DNA of 64,000 nucleotides from Candidatus Egerieousia sp. (GCA_036804445.1 DAIRSJ010000002.1:2025-66024), one strand, 5' to 3'; positions 27,551 through 37,303 are shown, numbered from the stretch's first letter. Numbers and translations: made by a program. Notes: generated by a model not told the origin, from the letters alone.

Positions 27551-28750
27551 ATGAAAGTAGCAGTTGTAGGAGCAACCGGACTGGTTGGCAGAAACATGAT
27601 AAAAGTTCTGGAAGAGAGAAGATTTCCCGTCACGGAACTGATTCCGGTAGCTAGTGAAAAATCTGTAGGAAAAAAGGTAAAGTTTAACAAAAAAGAGTGG
27701 AGCATTGTCTCCCCTGCTACAGCCGTTTCCATGCAGCCGGCCGTAGCCATTTTCTCCGCAGGAGCAGATGTATCCAAAGAATGGGCTCCAAAATTTGCGG
27801 CTGTAAAGTGTTATGTAATAGACAATTCCTCCTATTGGAGAATGGACAAAAAAAAGCGGCTTGTAATTCCGGAAATCAACGCAGATGTAATCAAGAAGAG
27901 TGATTACATTATAGCAAACCCCAACTGCTCCACAATTCAAATGCTGGTTGCAATTTCAGACTTGCACAAAAACTATAAAATCAAAAGAATTGTGGTTTCC
28001 ACTTATCAGTGTATCACGGGGACCGGCAAAAAGGCCGTAGATGAGCTGGATGCAGAGAGGAGTGATCAAATCGGCAATAGTGCCTGCAGCGGCGTCAGAA
28101 CAAAGTCATCTGATTGCAGCTCAAGCTGCTACTATATTCCGCGCGGCACAGAGGGGAGAAAAACCACTACTGCTTATCCTTATCAAATAGACCTCAACCT
28201 TCTTCCTCATATAGACAAATTTCTCCCTTCCGGCTATACAAAAGAGGAGATGAAAATGGTTGATGAGACTCATAAAATAATGAGGGACAATAACATTAAG
28301 ATCTCCCCCACCACGGTGAGAGTTCCCGTAATAGGAGGTCACGGAGAATCTGTAAATCTGGAATTTGCAAGGCCGGTAACTCTTAAGGACGTCTATAAAA
28401 CACTTAGAAAAACTAAAGGAGTGATCTTGCAGGACAACACTCTTCCAAAAGGATGCAGCAAAAAAAATCCCTACGGACAGCAGAACAAAGCTATTGGAGC
28501 AAAGCTTCCAAAATATTTCAACACAAGTTCAAAAACCGCGGCGGGAAAAAAATACCTTGAGCAGCTTGCCTACCCCATGCCAATTTACGCCAAAGACAGA
28601 GATGAAGTTTTTGTGGGAAGAGTCCGCCTGGACCCAACGGTCAAAAGCGGAATTAATCTTTGGTGCGTATCGGACAACTTGCGCAAAGGAGCTGCAACTA
28701 ATGCCGTACAGGTGGCGGAGGTACTTCTTGCCAAGAAATATATCAAGTGA
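27551..28750 (+). CDS. asd: Aspartate-semialdehyde dehydrogenase with two lineage-specific insertions
   Basis: 399 aa with N-terminal GATGLVG, active-site NPNCSTIQ (Cys) and GGHGES (His). Extra segments lie at about residues 171-207 and 298-339. Confidence 0.85.
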   Translation: MKVAVVGATGLVGRNMIKVLEERRFPVTELIPVASEKSVGKKVKFNKKEWSIVSPATAVSMQPAVAIFSAGADVSKEWAPKFAAVKCYVIDNSSYWRMDKKKRLVIPEINADVIKKSDYIIANPNCSTIQMLVAISDLHKNYKIKRIVVSTYQCITGTGKKAVDELDAERSDQIGNSACSGVRTKSSDCSSSCYYIPRGTEGRKTTTAYPYQIDLNLLPHIDKFLPSGYTKEEMKMVDETHKIMRDNNIKISPTTVRVPVIGGHGESVNLEFARPVTLKDVYKTLRKTKGVILQDNTLPKGCSKKNPYGQQNKAIGAKLPKYFNTSSKTAAGKKYLEQLAYPMPIYAKDRDEVFVGRVRLDPTVKSGINLWCVSDNLRKGAATNAVQVAEVLLAKKYIK

Positions 28751-28859
28751 TTTCACATACATGTTTTGGCCAATTTTTCACAATTATTGGGTGTTTGGCA
28801 CACTGCAGAAGTTATATTTTAGGCTTTTCCTCTAATTTTAGTAATTTTGTAAAGTTAGT

Positions 28860-28883
28860 TCCCGACAGGATTAACTGTCGGGA
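28860..28883. repeat. Inverted pair of the abundant 9-mer (TCCCGACAG-gattaa-CTGTCGGGA), forming a 9-bp stem and 6-nt loop
   Basis: Read directly. It is intergenic and ends 19 nt upstream of the parE ATG. No T-tract follows. Confidence 0.9.
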
Positions 28884-28902
28884 GTAAAAATATAATAAAT
28901 AG

Positions 28903-30807
28903 ATGAATAAGGGATACAGTGAGAATGATTTTGAAACCCTGGATTGGTATGAACACATCCGGAGAAGACCGGGTATGTATTTGGGAAAGCTTGGCAACGG
29001 CAGTGAACAGGATGACGGTATCTACGTGCTGTTTAAAGAGATTGTAGATAATGCGGTGGATGAGTTCCATGAAGGGTGGGGCAAGACCGTTGACATTACT
29101 TTGAATGAAGAGACTAAAGAGGTGAGCGTCAGGGATTACGGAAGAGGAATCCCTTTTGGCAAACTTTTGGACGCAGTGGGAAAGATGAACACAGGCAGCA
29201 AATTTGGCAAGGACGGCTCTCTGGCTTACGGTAAATCGGTTGGTCTTAACGGTGTCGGAACAAAAGCCGTAAATGCCACATCTACACAATTTTACGTACA
29301 ATCTTTCATTGACGGCGACAGTTATTACGCATACTTTGAAAAGGGCGTCTTAATCCGCAAAGGCAAAGAGAAAGCAAAAGATGAAAAGGACGGAACCTTT
29401 GTAAGATATACCGCAGACGATGCTCTATATGAGGGATATAACTACAATCTGGAATTTATTGACACCATGCTTAAGAACTATGTTTATTTGAATATAGGTC
29501 TTACAATTAATTTCAACGGCAATAAATACAAATCTGAAAACGGACTGCTGGATTTGATAAACGACAATCTGTCCGAGACGCCGCTTTATGCCCCTATCCA
29601 TTTGACAGGCAAGGACATAGAAGTTGTCATCACACACTGCACGGAGACCGGAGAAAATATTTATTCATTTGTAAACGGGCAGAATACTTTTAACGGAGGC
29701 ACGCATCTTTCCGCATTTAGAGAGGGCGTAGGAAAAACCATCAAAGAGTTTTTCAAAAAAGATTTTGATCCAAAAGATGTAAGAGAAGGAATGGTTGCAG
29801 CAATATCAATAAGGGTGGGCAACCCCGATTTTGCAAATCAGACAAAGACCATGCTTAACTCAAAGCTCACTGATACAGTGGCAAACGGTGGCATTCCGGT
29901 TAGAGATTTCATAATGAACTTCCTTGCTTTTGACCTGGACAATTATTTGCATAAAAATCCTCTGACAGCAGACCCGCTGCTTAAGAAAATTCTTGCCAGC
30001 GAGAAAGAAAGAAAAGAACTTGCCAGTTTTCAAAAAGCAAGGCGCTCAAAGAAGACAAGTCTTAATAATGAGAAACTTAAGGATTGCAGCGTCCATTACG
30101 GAGACAACAATGAAAGAGCAGAAGAGACTACTATTTTTATCACAGAGGGAAATTCTGCAAGCGGTACAATCACAAAGACCAGAGACACTAAGACGCAAGC
30201 GGTTTTCAGCTTGAGAGGTAAACCAAAAAACACCTTTGGCAACTCAAAAAAAGTTATCTACGATAAGAAAAATGCAGAACTTAATTTGCTTCAAGCGGCT
30301 CTTGGTATTGAAGAAGACATTGACAATCTGCGCTATAACAAAGTTGTAATTGCAACAGATGCGGATGTTGACGGAATGCATATCAGAATGCTTTTGCTGA
30401 CATTTTTCCTTCTTTTCTATCCGGAACTGGTCAGACGCGGACACGTTTATATCCTGCAGACTCCGTTGTTCAGAGTAAGAAAAAGAAAGAAAGACGGAGC
30501 AATGGATACCCGCTACTGCTACTCGGAGGCAGAGAAACAAGATGCAGTCGTCAAACTTGGAAAAGGCCCGGAAGTCACTCGTTTCAAAGGACTTGGAGAA
30601 ATATCAGCCAATGAATTCAAAGACTTTATCGGTGAAGGAATGCGTCTGGACAGAGTGCGTCTGAATAAAGATGATTCAGTGCATGAAATGCTGGAATTTT
30701 ATATGGGCAATAATACTCCCGACAGACAAAACTTTATTAAGGACAATCTTAGGGAAGACGTTATAATGGAAGACATTATAAACACCGGCACGGAAACAGA
30801 AGAGTGA
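28903..30807 (+). CDS. parE: DNA topoisomerase IV subunit B (type IIA topoisomerase ATPase/TOPRIM subunit)
   Basis: 634 aa with a GHKL ATPase (EIVDNAVDE, GLNGVG) and a TOPRIM domain (ITEGNSA, ATDADVDGMHI). The N-terminus resembles Bacteroidota ParE rather than GyrB. Confidence 0.8.
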   Translation: MNKGYSENDFETLDWYEHIRRRPGMYLGKLGNGSEQDDGIYVLFKEIVDNAVDEFHEGWGKTVDITLNEETKEVSVRDYGRGIPFGKLLDAVGKMNTGSKFGKDGSLAYGKSVGLNGVGTKAVNATSTQFYVQSFIDGDSYYAYFEKGVLIRKGKEKAKDEKDGTFVRYTADDALYEGYNYNLEFIDTMLKNYVYLNIGLTINFNGNKYKSENGLLDLINDNLSETPLYAPIHLTGKDIEVVITHCTETGENIYSFVNGQNTFNGGTHLSAFREGVGKTIKEFFKKDFDPKDVREGMVAAISIRVGNPDFANQTKTMLNSKLTDTVANGGIPVRDFIMNFLAFDLDNYLHKNPLTADPLLKKILASEKERKELASFQKARRSKKTSLNNEKLKDCSVHYGDNNERAEETTIFITEGNSASGTITKTRDTKTQAVFSLRGKPKNTFGNSKKVIYDKKNAELNLLQAALGIEEDIDNLRYNKVVIATDADVDGMHIRMLLLTFFLLFYPELVRRGHVYILQTPLFRVRKRKKDGAMDTRYCYSEAEKQDAVVKLGKGPEVTRFKGLGEISANEFKDFIGEGMRLDRVRLNKDDSVHEMLEFYMGNNTPDRQNFIKDNLREDVIMEDIINTGTETEE

Positions 30808-30831
30808 TATGAGCGCAAACGTTAGAGTGAT

Positions 30832-31419
30832 ATGAGCGGAAAACAACTTTTTGCAAAATTTATGATAAAACTCCTTGGCTGGAAAGTCATGGATGGAGAG
30901 GTGCCGGAACCAAAGTGCATTATTCTTGGAGTGCCTCACACCTCTATCAAAGACTTCATAATATCTTGGTTCTTCTATACATCTGTAGGTGGAACAGCCA
31001 ATATTATGATAAAAAAAGAATTTTTTTTCTGGCCTTTGGGCCGAATTTTGAAAGGAATGGGAGCCGTCCCCGTGGACAGAAGTCACGGTGCAATTACAGC
31101 CAAGCAAATTATAGAAACCATGCAAAAAGCTGATAAAATGCATCTTGCAATAGCGCCTGAGGGAACAAGAAAGAAAACGGCAAAGTGGAAGACAGGCTTT
31201 CACACAATTGCAAGAGCTTGTAATATACCTATTTATCTTGGCTATTTTAATTGGAAAACAAAACAGATAGGAAGAGGAATAAGATTTATTCCAACGGAAA
31301 ATACACAGGAAGATTTAAAGAAAATCCGCGCACACTACAAAGCAATGAACATGGAGGGATGCCACCCCGGACATTTTGACTGCGGAGATGTTGAACCAAA
31401 GCTGATTGAAGAGCAATAG
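30832..31419 (+). CDS. PlsC-family acyltransferase
   Basis: 195 aa with an HX4D motif (PHTSIKD) and a later PEGTR motif. Confidence 0.7.
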   Translation: MSGKQLFAKFMIKLLGWKVMDGEVPEPKCIILGVPHTSIKDFIISWFFYTSVGGTANIMIKKEFFFWPLGRILKGMGAVPVDRSHGAITAKQIIETMQKADKMHLAIAPEGTRKKTAKWKTGFHTIARACNIPIYLGYFNWKTKQIGRGIRFIPTENTQEDLKKIRAHYKAMNMEGCHPGHFDCGDVEPKLIEEQ

Positions 31420-31425
31420 TGAAAT

Positions 31426-31521
31426 AGATTAAATGTCAGATTAAGGGAAAGATTGAGGGACAGATTGAGGGTCAGATTAAGGGAAAGATTGAGGGACAGA
31501 TTGGGGGACAGATTGAAAAAA
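31426..31521. repeat. Tandem repeat, 8 units of 12 bp (consensus AGATTGAGGGAC)
   Basis: Unit starts are at 31426, 31438, 31450, 31462, 31474, 31486, 31498 and 31510. The inner six units have at most 3 mismatches and the end units are degenerate. It is intergenic between the acyltransferase stop and the TolC start. Confidence 0.9.
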
Positions 31522-31536
31522 GAAATAGAAATATAA

Positions 31537-33132
31537 ATGAGAGTGATGAAGAGAATTTTGTTGACAGCAGTTTGCATCATTTGTGCAATAAGTTCATTTG
31601 CACAAACTTATTCCCTTGAGGAGTATGAGACGTTTGCACTCCAAAACAGCAAGACTGTAAAAATTTCTCAAGAAAGAATCCGGCTGGCTGAGAATTTAAG
31701 ACAGGCTGCATTCACGCAGTTTCTTCCCAGTTTCCAAGCAGTTGGAGCATATACATGGAATCAGAAAGACTTATCTCTGATTTCCTCGGATGCAATGCTT
31801 CCGGTTGGAACCAAACTGGCCAATGGAAGTTTTGGTTTCACTGCTGATCAGATAAGCAACTCCTGGACTGTCGTGAACGGAGTTACAATGCCGGTTGACG
31901 CAAACGGAAACGCCTTTAATCCATACACTAATCCGGAAAAAATACAATGGAAACAATATGCGTTGCTTCCAAAGAGTTCCCTTACATATGATATTCAGAA
32001 TGTATTTGTAGGAGGCATAGGCTTTACGCAGCCGATTTTTTTGGGAAATAAAGTGAGAGAGCTTTACAACATTTCCAAGAGCAACGAGGAGATAGCAAAA
32101 CTTGCCAACAACAATGAGGAGGAAAATCTTGTTTTGGAAGTTGATCAATCATACTGGACAACGGTTTCTCTTATTAACAAAAAGAAACTTGCCCAAAAAT
32201 ATGTAGATCTTCTGGAAAAACTTTGCAAAGATGTACAGGCAGCTAAAGACCAGGGAGTTGCAACCAAAGGAGACTTGCTTAATGTTAGGGTAAAACTAAA
32301 TGAAGCCAATCTGGCGCTTACCCGCGCAACTGATGGCGTTGAACTCTCAAAGATGTCCCTGTTCCGCGTGTGCGGTCTGGATTTGAACGGAAACTTCGGG
32401 CTTGCAGATGAGGACGTTTCTCCAAAAAATGCAAAAGAGCTGGAGGCAGGATACGATGTTAATCAGGCAATAGACAACAGATTTGAAATAAGACAGTTAG
32501 AGGAAATTATAAAAATTTCCAAAAGCAATGTTAATATTGCACGCAGCCGTTTTATGCCAAATATTGTAGCAACGGGAAATTATATCACAACAAATCCAAA
32601 TTCATACAACGGGTATGAAACAAAGTTTGGTGGAATGTTTACAGCCGGGGTTGCAGTAACCGTTCCTATTTTCCATTTCGGGGACAGGACTTATACATTG
32701 CGCGCGGCAAAGCATGAATTCAATATTGCAAATTACAGAATTGACCAGGCAAAAGAGCTTATTAACCTGCAGGTTACGCAAGCAAACTTTAATGTGAGAG
32801 AAGCAAACAAAAAACTGGAGTCCGCTCTGAGCAATATAAGTGCGGCGGAGGAAAATCTTAAGCTTGCCAACATCTCCTATAAAGAAGGACTTATAAGCGT
32901 AACGGATTTGCTTGGTGCTCAGACGGCATGGGTATCCGCTCAGTCGGATAAAATTGATGCAGGCATAAATGCAAGAATGACAGAGCTTTACTTAAGAAAA
33001 ACTGTCGGGATAACAAATATTAAAGAGGGACAGAGGGCAAAAGATGACGGCGTCATCAAAGAGGGCCCGGTTAAGATGATTAAGGAGCCTGCGGAAAAAA
33101 CCGTTAAATCTGCAAGTGAAAACAACAGATAA
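31537..33132 (+). CDS. TolC-family outer membrane efflux protein
   Basis: 531 aa with a signal peptide and two OEP repeats of coiled-coil character. The start could instead be 31546. Confidence 0.85.
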   Translation: MRVMKRILLTAVCIICAISSFAQTYSLEEYETFALQNSKTVKISQERIRLAENLRQAAFTQFLPSFQAVGAYTWNQKDLSLISSDAMLPVGTKLANGSFGFTADQISNSWTVVNGVTMPVDANGNAFNPYTNPEKIQWKQYALLPKSSLTYDIQNVFVGGIGFTQPIFLGNKVRELYNISKSNEEIAKLANNNEEENLVLEVDQSYWTTVSLINKKKLAQKYVDLLEKLCKDVQAAKDQGVATKGDLLNVRVKLNEANLALTRATDGVELSKMSLFRVCGLDLNGNFGLADEDVSPKNAKELEAGYDVNQAIDNRFEIRQLEEIIKISKSNVNIARSRFMPNIVATGNYITTNPNSYNGYETKFGGMFTAGVAVTVPIFHFGDRTYTLRAAKHEFNIANYRIDQAKELINLQVTQANFNVREANKKLESALSNISAAEENLKLANISYKEGLISVTDLLGAQTAWVSAQSDKIDAGINARMTELYLRKTVGITNIKEGQRAKDDGVIKEGPVKMIKEPAEKTVKSASENNR

Positions 33133-33181
33133 GCCGGCAACGGAAAAAACAAGCAGAAAATAAGAGTTAAAATATATTGTT

Positions 33182-34186
33182 ATGAAAAAATTACAACAGA
33201 GTACAATCAGTTTGCTTGTAGGACTTGGAGCGCTGATACTTGTTATAGTTGTTCTTGGATTAATTGGATGGCTGACATCCAAACCGCAAAAGATTATCCT
33301 TCAGGGAGAAGTTGAGGCGCGTGAGTATAGAATATCCAGCAAGGTTCCGGGTAGAATTGCACAACTACTTGCAGACGAAGGAGATACTGTTTCCAAAGGC
33401 CAGCTTGTTGTATTAATTGACAGCCCGGAAGTTCAGGCAAAAGTTAAACAGGCTAATGCCGGAAGCATGGCGGCAAATGCGCAAAACCGTAAGGCAAATC
33501 AAAGTGCAAGAAGTGAACTTGTCCAGGGCGCTTATGAAATGTGGCAAAAAGCAAGAGTGGGTTCAGATATTGCCCTTAAATCTTATACCAGAATACAAAA
33601 TCTGTATAATCAGGAAGTTGTCTCCGCACAGAAAAGAGATGAAGTAAAAGCACAGTATGATGCGGCGCTTGCAACTGAGAAAGCGGCTAAAAGTCAGTAT
33701 GATATGGCTATTCACGGAGCGCAGAAAGAGGATAGAGTAATGGCCATGGCGCAAGTAGAAGTCGCAAACAGTAATGTTACAGAAGTTAAAACTTACCTGG
33801 ATGAAATTAATCTTACGGCGCCCGCAGGAGGAGAAATTACGGAGGTATATCCAAAGGTTGGAGAGCTTGTTGGACAAGGAGCACCTATCATGAGCATCAT
33901 AGACATGAATGATGTTTGGTTTACGTTTAACGTGAGGGAAGATTTGCTGCAGGGAATGGACATTGGCAAGACTATCAAGTTGAAAATACCCGCATTAGGA
34001 GAAGATAAGGTATTTACCGCCAAGGTTTATTTCATAAATGAGATGGCATCTTATGCAACTTGGAAGGCGACTAAAGTTTCAGGCAATTTTGATGCAAAAA
34101 CTTTTGAGGTCCGCGCACGCCCCACAGAAAAAATTAAGGGTTTGAGAGCCGGAATGAGCACAATAATTACAGCGGTTCTTAAGTAA
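33182..34186 (+). CDS. HlyD-family membrane fusion (periplasmic adaptor) protein
   Basis: 334 aa with an N-terminal TM segment, a biotinyl-lipoyl-like segment (GRIAQLLADEGDTVSKGQLVVLID), a coiled coil and a beta-barrel. Confidence 0.85.
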   Translation: MKKLQQSTISLLVGLGALILVIVVLGLIGWLTSKPQKIILQGEVEAREYRISSKVPGRIAQLLADEGDTVSKGQLVVLIDSPEVQAKVKQANAGSMAANAQNRKANQSARSELVQGAYEMWQKARVGSDIALKSYTRIQNLYNQEVVSAQKRDEVKAQYDAALATEKAAKSQYDMAIHGAQKEDRVMAMAQVEVANSNVTEVKTYLDEINLTAPAGGEITEVYPKVGELVGQGAPIMSIIDMNDVWFTFNVREDLLQGMDIGKTIKLKIPALGEDKVFTAKVYFINEMASYATWKATKVSGNFDAKTFEVRARPTEKIKGLRAGMSTIITAVLK

Positions 34187-34306
34187 TATTTATTCACCTC
34201 GGCAAAAGAAGTTTGCAGTAAGGAATTCTAAAAAGTTTAGAAAATTAATCATCATAACACATTGTTAGAGAATAGAGTAAACGAATGGTTATTTGGCTGG
34301 CTCCGA

Positions 34307-35473
34307 ATGTTCAAAAGCATTAAGGAAGTCCTGCACAGAGAGTGGAAGCAAATGTTTAGCCGCCCAATCTATCTATTTGGTACCGTGCTGATTCTATCCT
34401 TCTGCGCCATCTTTTTCTTTTCTTTATTTGATGAAGGTTTACCAAATGAGTTGCCCATCGGAATTGTTGACAGAGATAATTCTTCTTTCTCCAGAATGGT
34501 GAGAAGAAATTTGGATGCAGAACAGGGGGTCCGGGTTGTGAAGACCTACTCGGAATATCAGGCAGCCAGAAAGGCACTACAAGTTGGTGATATTTACGGT
34601 TTTATAGATATACCAAACGGAGCGTACAGAGATATTCTTGAGGGACGCAGACCAAAGGTGGGAATCTATTGTGAGCAAGGCCTTATGGTGCCGGGAAATC
34701 TTACATATAAAAATTTCATCTACATAGGCACCGTTCTTGACGTAGGAGTGCGCAGAGAAATACTAAAAGCAAAAGGTTATCCCGAGTCCGGCATGATGGC
34801 CCGCCTGCAGCCTATAAAAACAGATTTTCACCTGATTAAAAATCCATGGACAAATTACGGTATATATTTGACTACAATTCTATGGCCCGGACTTCTGCAA
34901 CTTTGCGTATTGCTGATGACTGTTTTCTCCATTGGTTATGAACTAAAAATGAAGACAAGCCGGGATTGGATGTCGGAAAGCCATGGCTCAATCTTCAATG
35001 CTCTCACAGGAAAGCTGCTGCCCTACACCTTCATATTCGTGCTGATGGGAATTGCCTTTGAGTTGCTGGCGTGCAGAATAATGGGATACCCGATAGCCAC
35101 GCATATGTGGGTCATGTTCTTAACCATAACGCTGTTGGTATTTGCAGCACAGGCAGTTGGAATATTTATGATAGGTCTTTTCCCGGTCCTAAGAGACGGG
35201 CTAAGTTTTGCGGCACTGTACGGTATTCTCTCTCTGTCGCTTGCCGGAATGTCATTCCCTGTTGAATACATGCTTGGAGTAATTCAGGGATGGGCGGTTA
35301 TGTTCCCTTTAAGACAGTTCTTCCTGATATATGTGAAGGAAGGAATATTTGCAGCCGGTTTCAATGCCATATGGCTTAACTACGTTGGTTTGCTGATATT
35401 TTGCCTGCTTCCGTTTACAATACTAAAAAGGCTTAAGAGAGCTTTAATATTCCAGAACTACCCGCTTAAATAG
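34307..35473 (+). CDS. ABC-2 type transporter permease
   Basis: An N-terminal TM segment and a large loop (PIGIVDRDNS) precede a C-terminal 5-TM bundle. The start is taken at ATG 34307; the tracked ORF begins at TTG 34262. Confidence 0.75.
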   Translation: MFKSIKEVLHREWKQMFSRPIYLFGTVLILSFCAIFFFSLFDEGLPNELPIGIVDRDNSSFSRMVRRNLDAEQGVRVVKTYSEYQAARKALQVGDIYGFIDIPNGAYRDILEGRRPKVGIYCEQGLMVPGNLTYKNFIYIGTVLDVGVRREILKAKGYPESGMMARLQPIKTDFHLIKNPWTNYGIYLTTILWPGLLQLCVLLMTVFSIGYELKMKTSRDWMSESHGSIFNALTGKLLPYTFIFVLMGIAFELLACRIMGYPIATHMWVMFLTITLLVFAAQAVGIFMIGLFPVLRDGLSFAALYGILSLSLAGMSFPVEYMLGVIQGWAVMFPLRQFFLIYVKEGIFAAGFNAIWLNYVGLLIFCLLPFTILKRLKRALIFQNYPLK

Positions 35474-35480
35474 ATTGGAG

Positions 35481-36668
35481 ATGAAAGAGTTCAGAAGACA
35501 ATATTTGCAGAATGCCGTTAGACAAATGACCACCATTTTTTGGAATGAAGTGATCAGGATTTTTACGGATAGCGGTGTAATGCTGATATTATTTATTGCA
35601 GGACTGGGTTATCCTCTACTTTACAGTTTTGTATATTATCAAGAGTCCGTAAGTGAGATCCCTGTCGCGATAATAGATAATGATGCCTCCGCCTACAGCA
35701 GAAAATTTTCCAGAGAACTGGATGCCACAAAAGAGGTACAGCTAAGGCGTTGCATAAATATGAACGAGGCTGAGTATTTAATGGGGCGCAGAAAAGTTCA
35801 TGCGATTATTGTACTTCCAAAAGATTTTGAAAAAACCGTCCTGGACGGACAGGAGCAGGCAACCGTCTCCGTATATGTGAATATGACCAGCTTCTTTGTC
35901 TACAAAAGTGTGGCTTTTGCAATAAACTTCACAATGCTGCAGGAGAATAAAGACATAGAAATACATCGGTATGAAGCGGCGGGACAAACACAACAGCTCG
36001 CCCTCCAAAGTGCAGACCCTGCTCCGTATGAGGCTCAATTCCTGTTTAATCCCGGTAACGGATTTGCAAGTTTCTTTGTGCCGGGTGTTATGATTTTAAT
36101 TATTCACCAGCTGCTTTTCCTGGGAATAGGAATGCTTGCCGGCACAGTCAGAGAAGAGAATAAAAATCACAAATTATTTGAAAATCAGATAGATAAAAAA
36201 AGGATATACAGGGTCATTTTTGGAAAAGGTCTGGCCTACTTTTTAATATACGCTATCTTTTCCGCCTACATTACAGTACTGATACCCAGATGGTTTGGCT
36301 TACCGCATCTTGCAAGTCCATGGGATATCTACAGGCTGCTGCTGCCATTCCTGCTTGCAGTAATATTTTTCTCGCTTACATGCTCCGTTTTTATCAAAAA
36401 CAGAGAGACCGGCATGGTTATGTTCCTGTTTTTCAGTGTTATACTGCTATTCTTGAGCGGTGTCACATGGCCAAGGAGTAACTTTCCGGTGTTCTGGAAA
36501 GCATTCTCATACCTGTTCCCGGCAACATTTGGCGTTCAGGGGTACCTGAAACTCAATACGTTCGGAGCCGAATTCGGCCAGATACTTCCGGAATTCGTAG
36601 CCCTGTGGACGCAGGCCATCGTCTATTTTATAACAGCCTGCTTCTCATTCAGGTATATCAACAAGTAA
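35481..36668 (+). CDS. ABC-2 type transporter permease (paralog)
   Basis: Same architecture as the preceding gene (PVAIIDNDAS loop, C-terminal TM bundle). The start is taken at ATG 35481. Confidence 0.75.
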   Translation: MKEFRRQYLQNAVRQMTTIFWNEVIRIFTDSGVMLILFIAGLGYPLLYSFVYYQESVSEIPVAIIDNDASAYSRKFSRELDATKEVQLRRCINMNEAEYLMGRRKVHAIIVLPKDFEKTVLDGQEQATVSVYVNMTSFFVYKSVAFAINFTMLQENKDIEIHRYEAAGQTQQLALQSADPAPYEAQFLFNPGNGFASFFVPGVMILIIHQLLFLGIGMLAGTVREENKNHKLFENQIDKKRIYRVIFGKGLAYFLIYAIFSAYITVLIPRWFGLPHLASPWDIYRLLLPFLLAVIFFSLTCSVFIKNRETGMVMFLFFSVILLFLSGVTWPRSNFPVFWKAFSYLFPATFGVQGYLKLNTFGAEFGQILPEFVALWTQAIVYFITACFSFRYINK

Positions 36669-36671
36669 AAT

Positions 36672-37253
36672 TTATTTAGATTTTTTTTCTGCAGTCATTG
36701 CAGCATTAAAGCAATGGCGGCAAAGGGGTTCGTATTTGTCCTGTTCTCCCAGCATTACAAGTTTGTCTCCGCCGGAGATACGGTGGGAGTGACGGGCTGG
36801 TTGTCCGCACTTGACGCAGATTGCATGAACTTTTGTAACATGCTCTGCAACAGCCATCAAAGCAGGCATTGGACCAAAAGGCTTACCTAGATAATCCATA
36901 TCCAGACCGGCGCATATTACACGCACTCCCCTATCGGCCAGCTGATTGCAGACATCAACTATTCCGTCATCAAAAAATTGAACTTCATCAATGCCAATTA
37001 CATCTACATCTGTCGCGAGCAATAAAATATTTTGTGAAGAATCCACATTATTGGACTCAATAGAATTCCTATCATGAGACACAACATCCTTATCTGAATA
37101 TCGTACATCTAAGGCAGGTTTGAAAATCTGCACCCGCTGATGCGCAAAATTAGCTCTTTTTAAGCGCCTTATGAGCTCCTCTGTCTTGCCGGAAAACATA
37201 GAACCGCAGATGACCTCAATCCATCCCGCCATATTTGTTCTTTCTTCAAACAT
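36672..37253 (-). CDS. tdk: Thymidine kinase
   Basis: P-loop [11 protein letters not shown] and a C-terminal zinc ribbon (CVKCG...CRHC). The true start may be the MAGWIEV Met at 37232. Confidence 0.9.
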   Translation of the reverse strand: MFEERTNMAGWIEVICGSMFSGKTEELIRRLKRANFAHQRVQIFKPALDVRYSDKDVVSHDRNSIESNNVDSSQNILLLATDVDVIGIDEVQFFDDGIVDVCNQLADRGVRVICAGLDMDYLGKPFGPMPALMAVAEHVTKVHAICVKCGQPARHSHRISGGDKLVMLGEQDKYEPLCRHCFNAAMTAEKKSK

Positions 37254-37303
37254 TTTACTAATTTTGTGATATCCAAATTAGGTTTAACAAAGGTATTAAA
37301 ATT

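Noticed and set aside
31335-31580. 81-aa minus-strand ORF encoding NLSLNLSLNLTLNLSLNL...
   Set aside because: It is a translation artefact of the 12-bp tandem repeat, since 12 is a multiple of 3. It overlaps the ends of two well-supported plus-strand genes and has no independent coding signal.
35655-35680. Partial palindrome-like matches CCTGTCGCGATAATAGATAATG (35660 region), ATCTGTCGCGAGCA (37008 region) and CTGTCGCGATAC (8898 region)
   Set aside because: Each has only one half-site, lies inside a coding sequence, and lacks the shared TAAT / A-T-tract context. They are treated as chance or as degenerate relatives of the 9-mer, not as copies of the palindrome.
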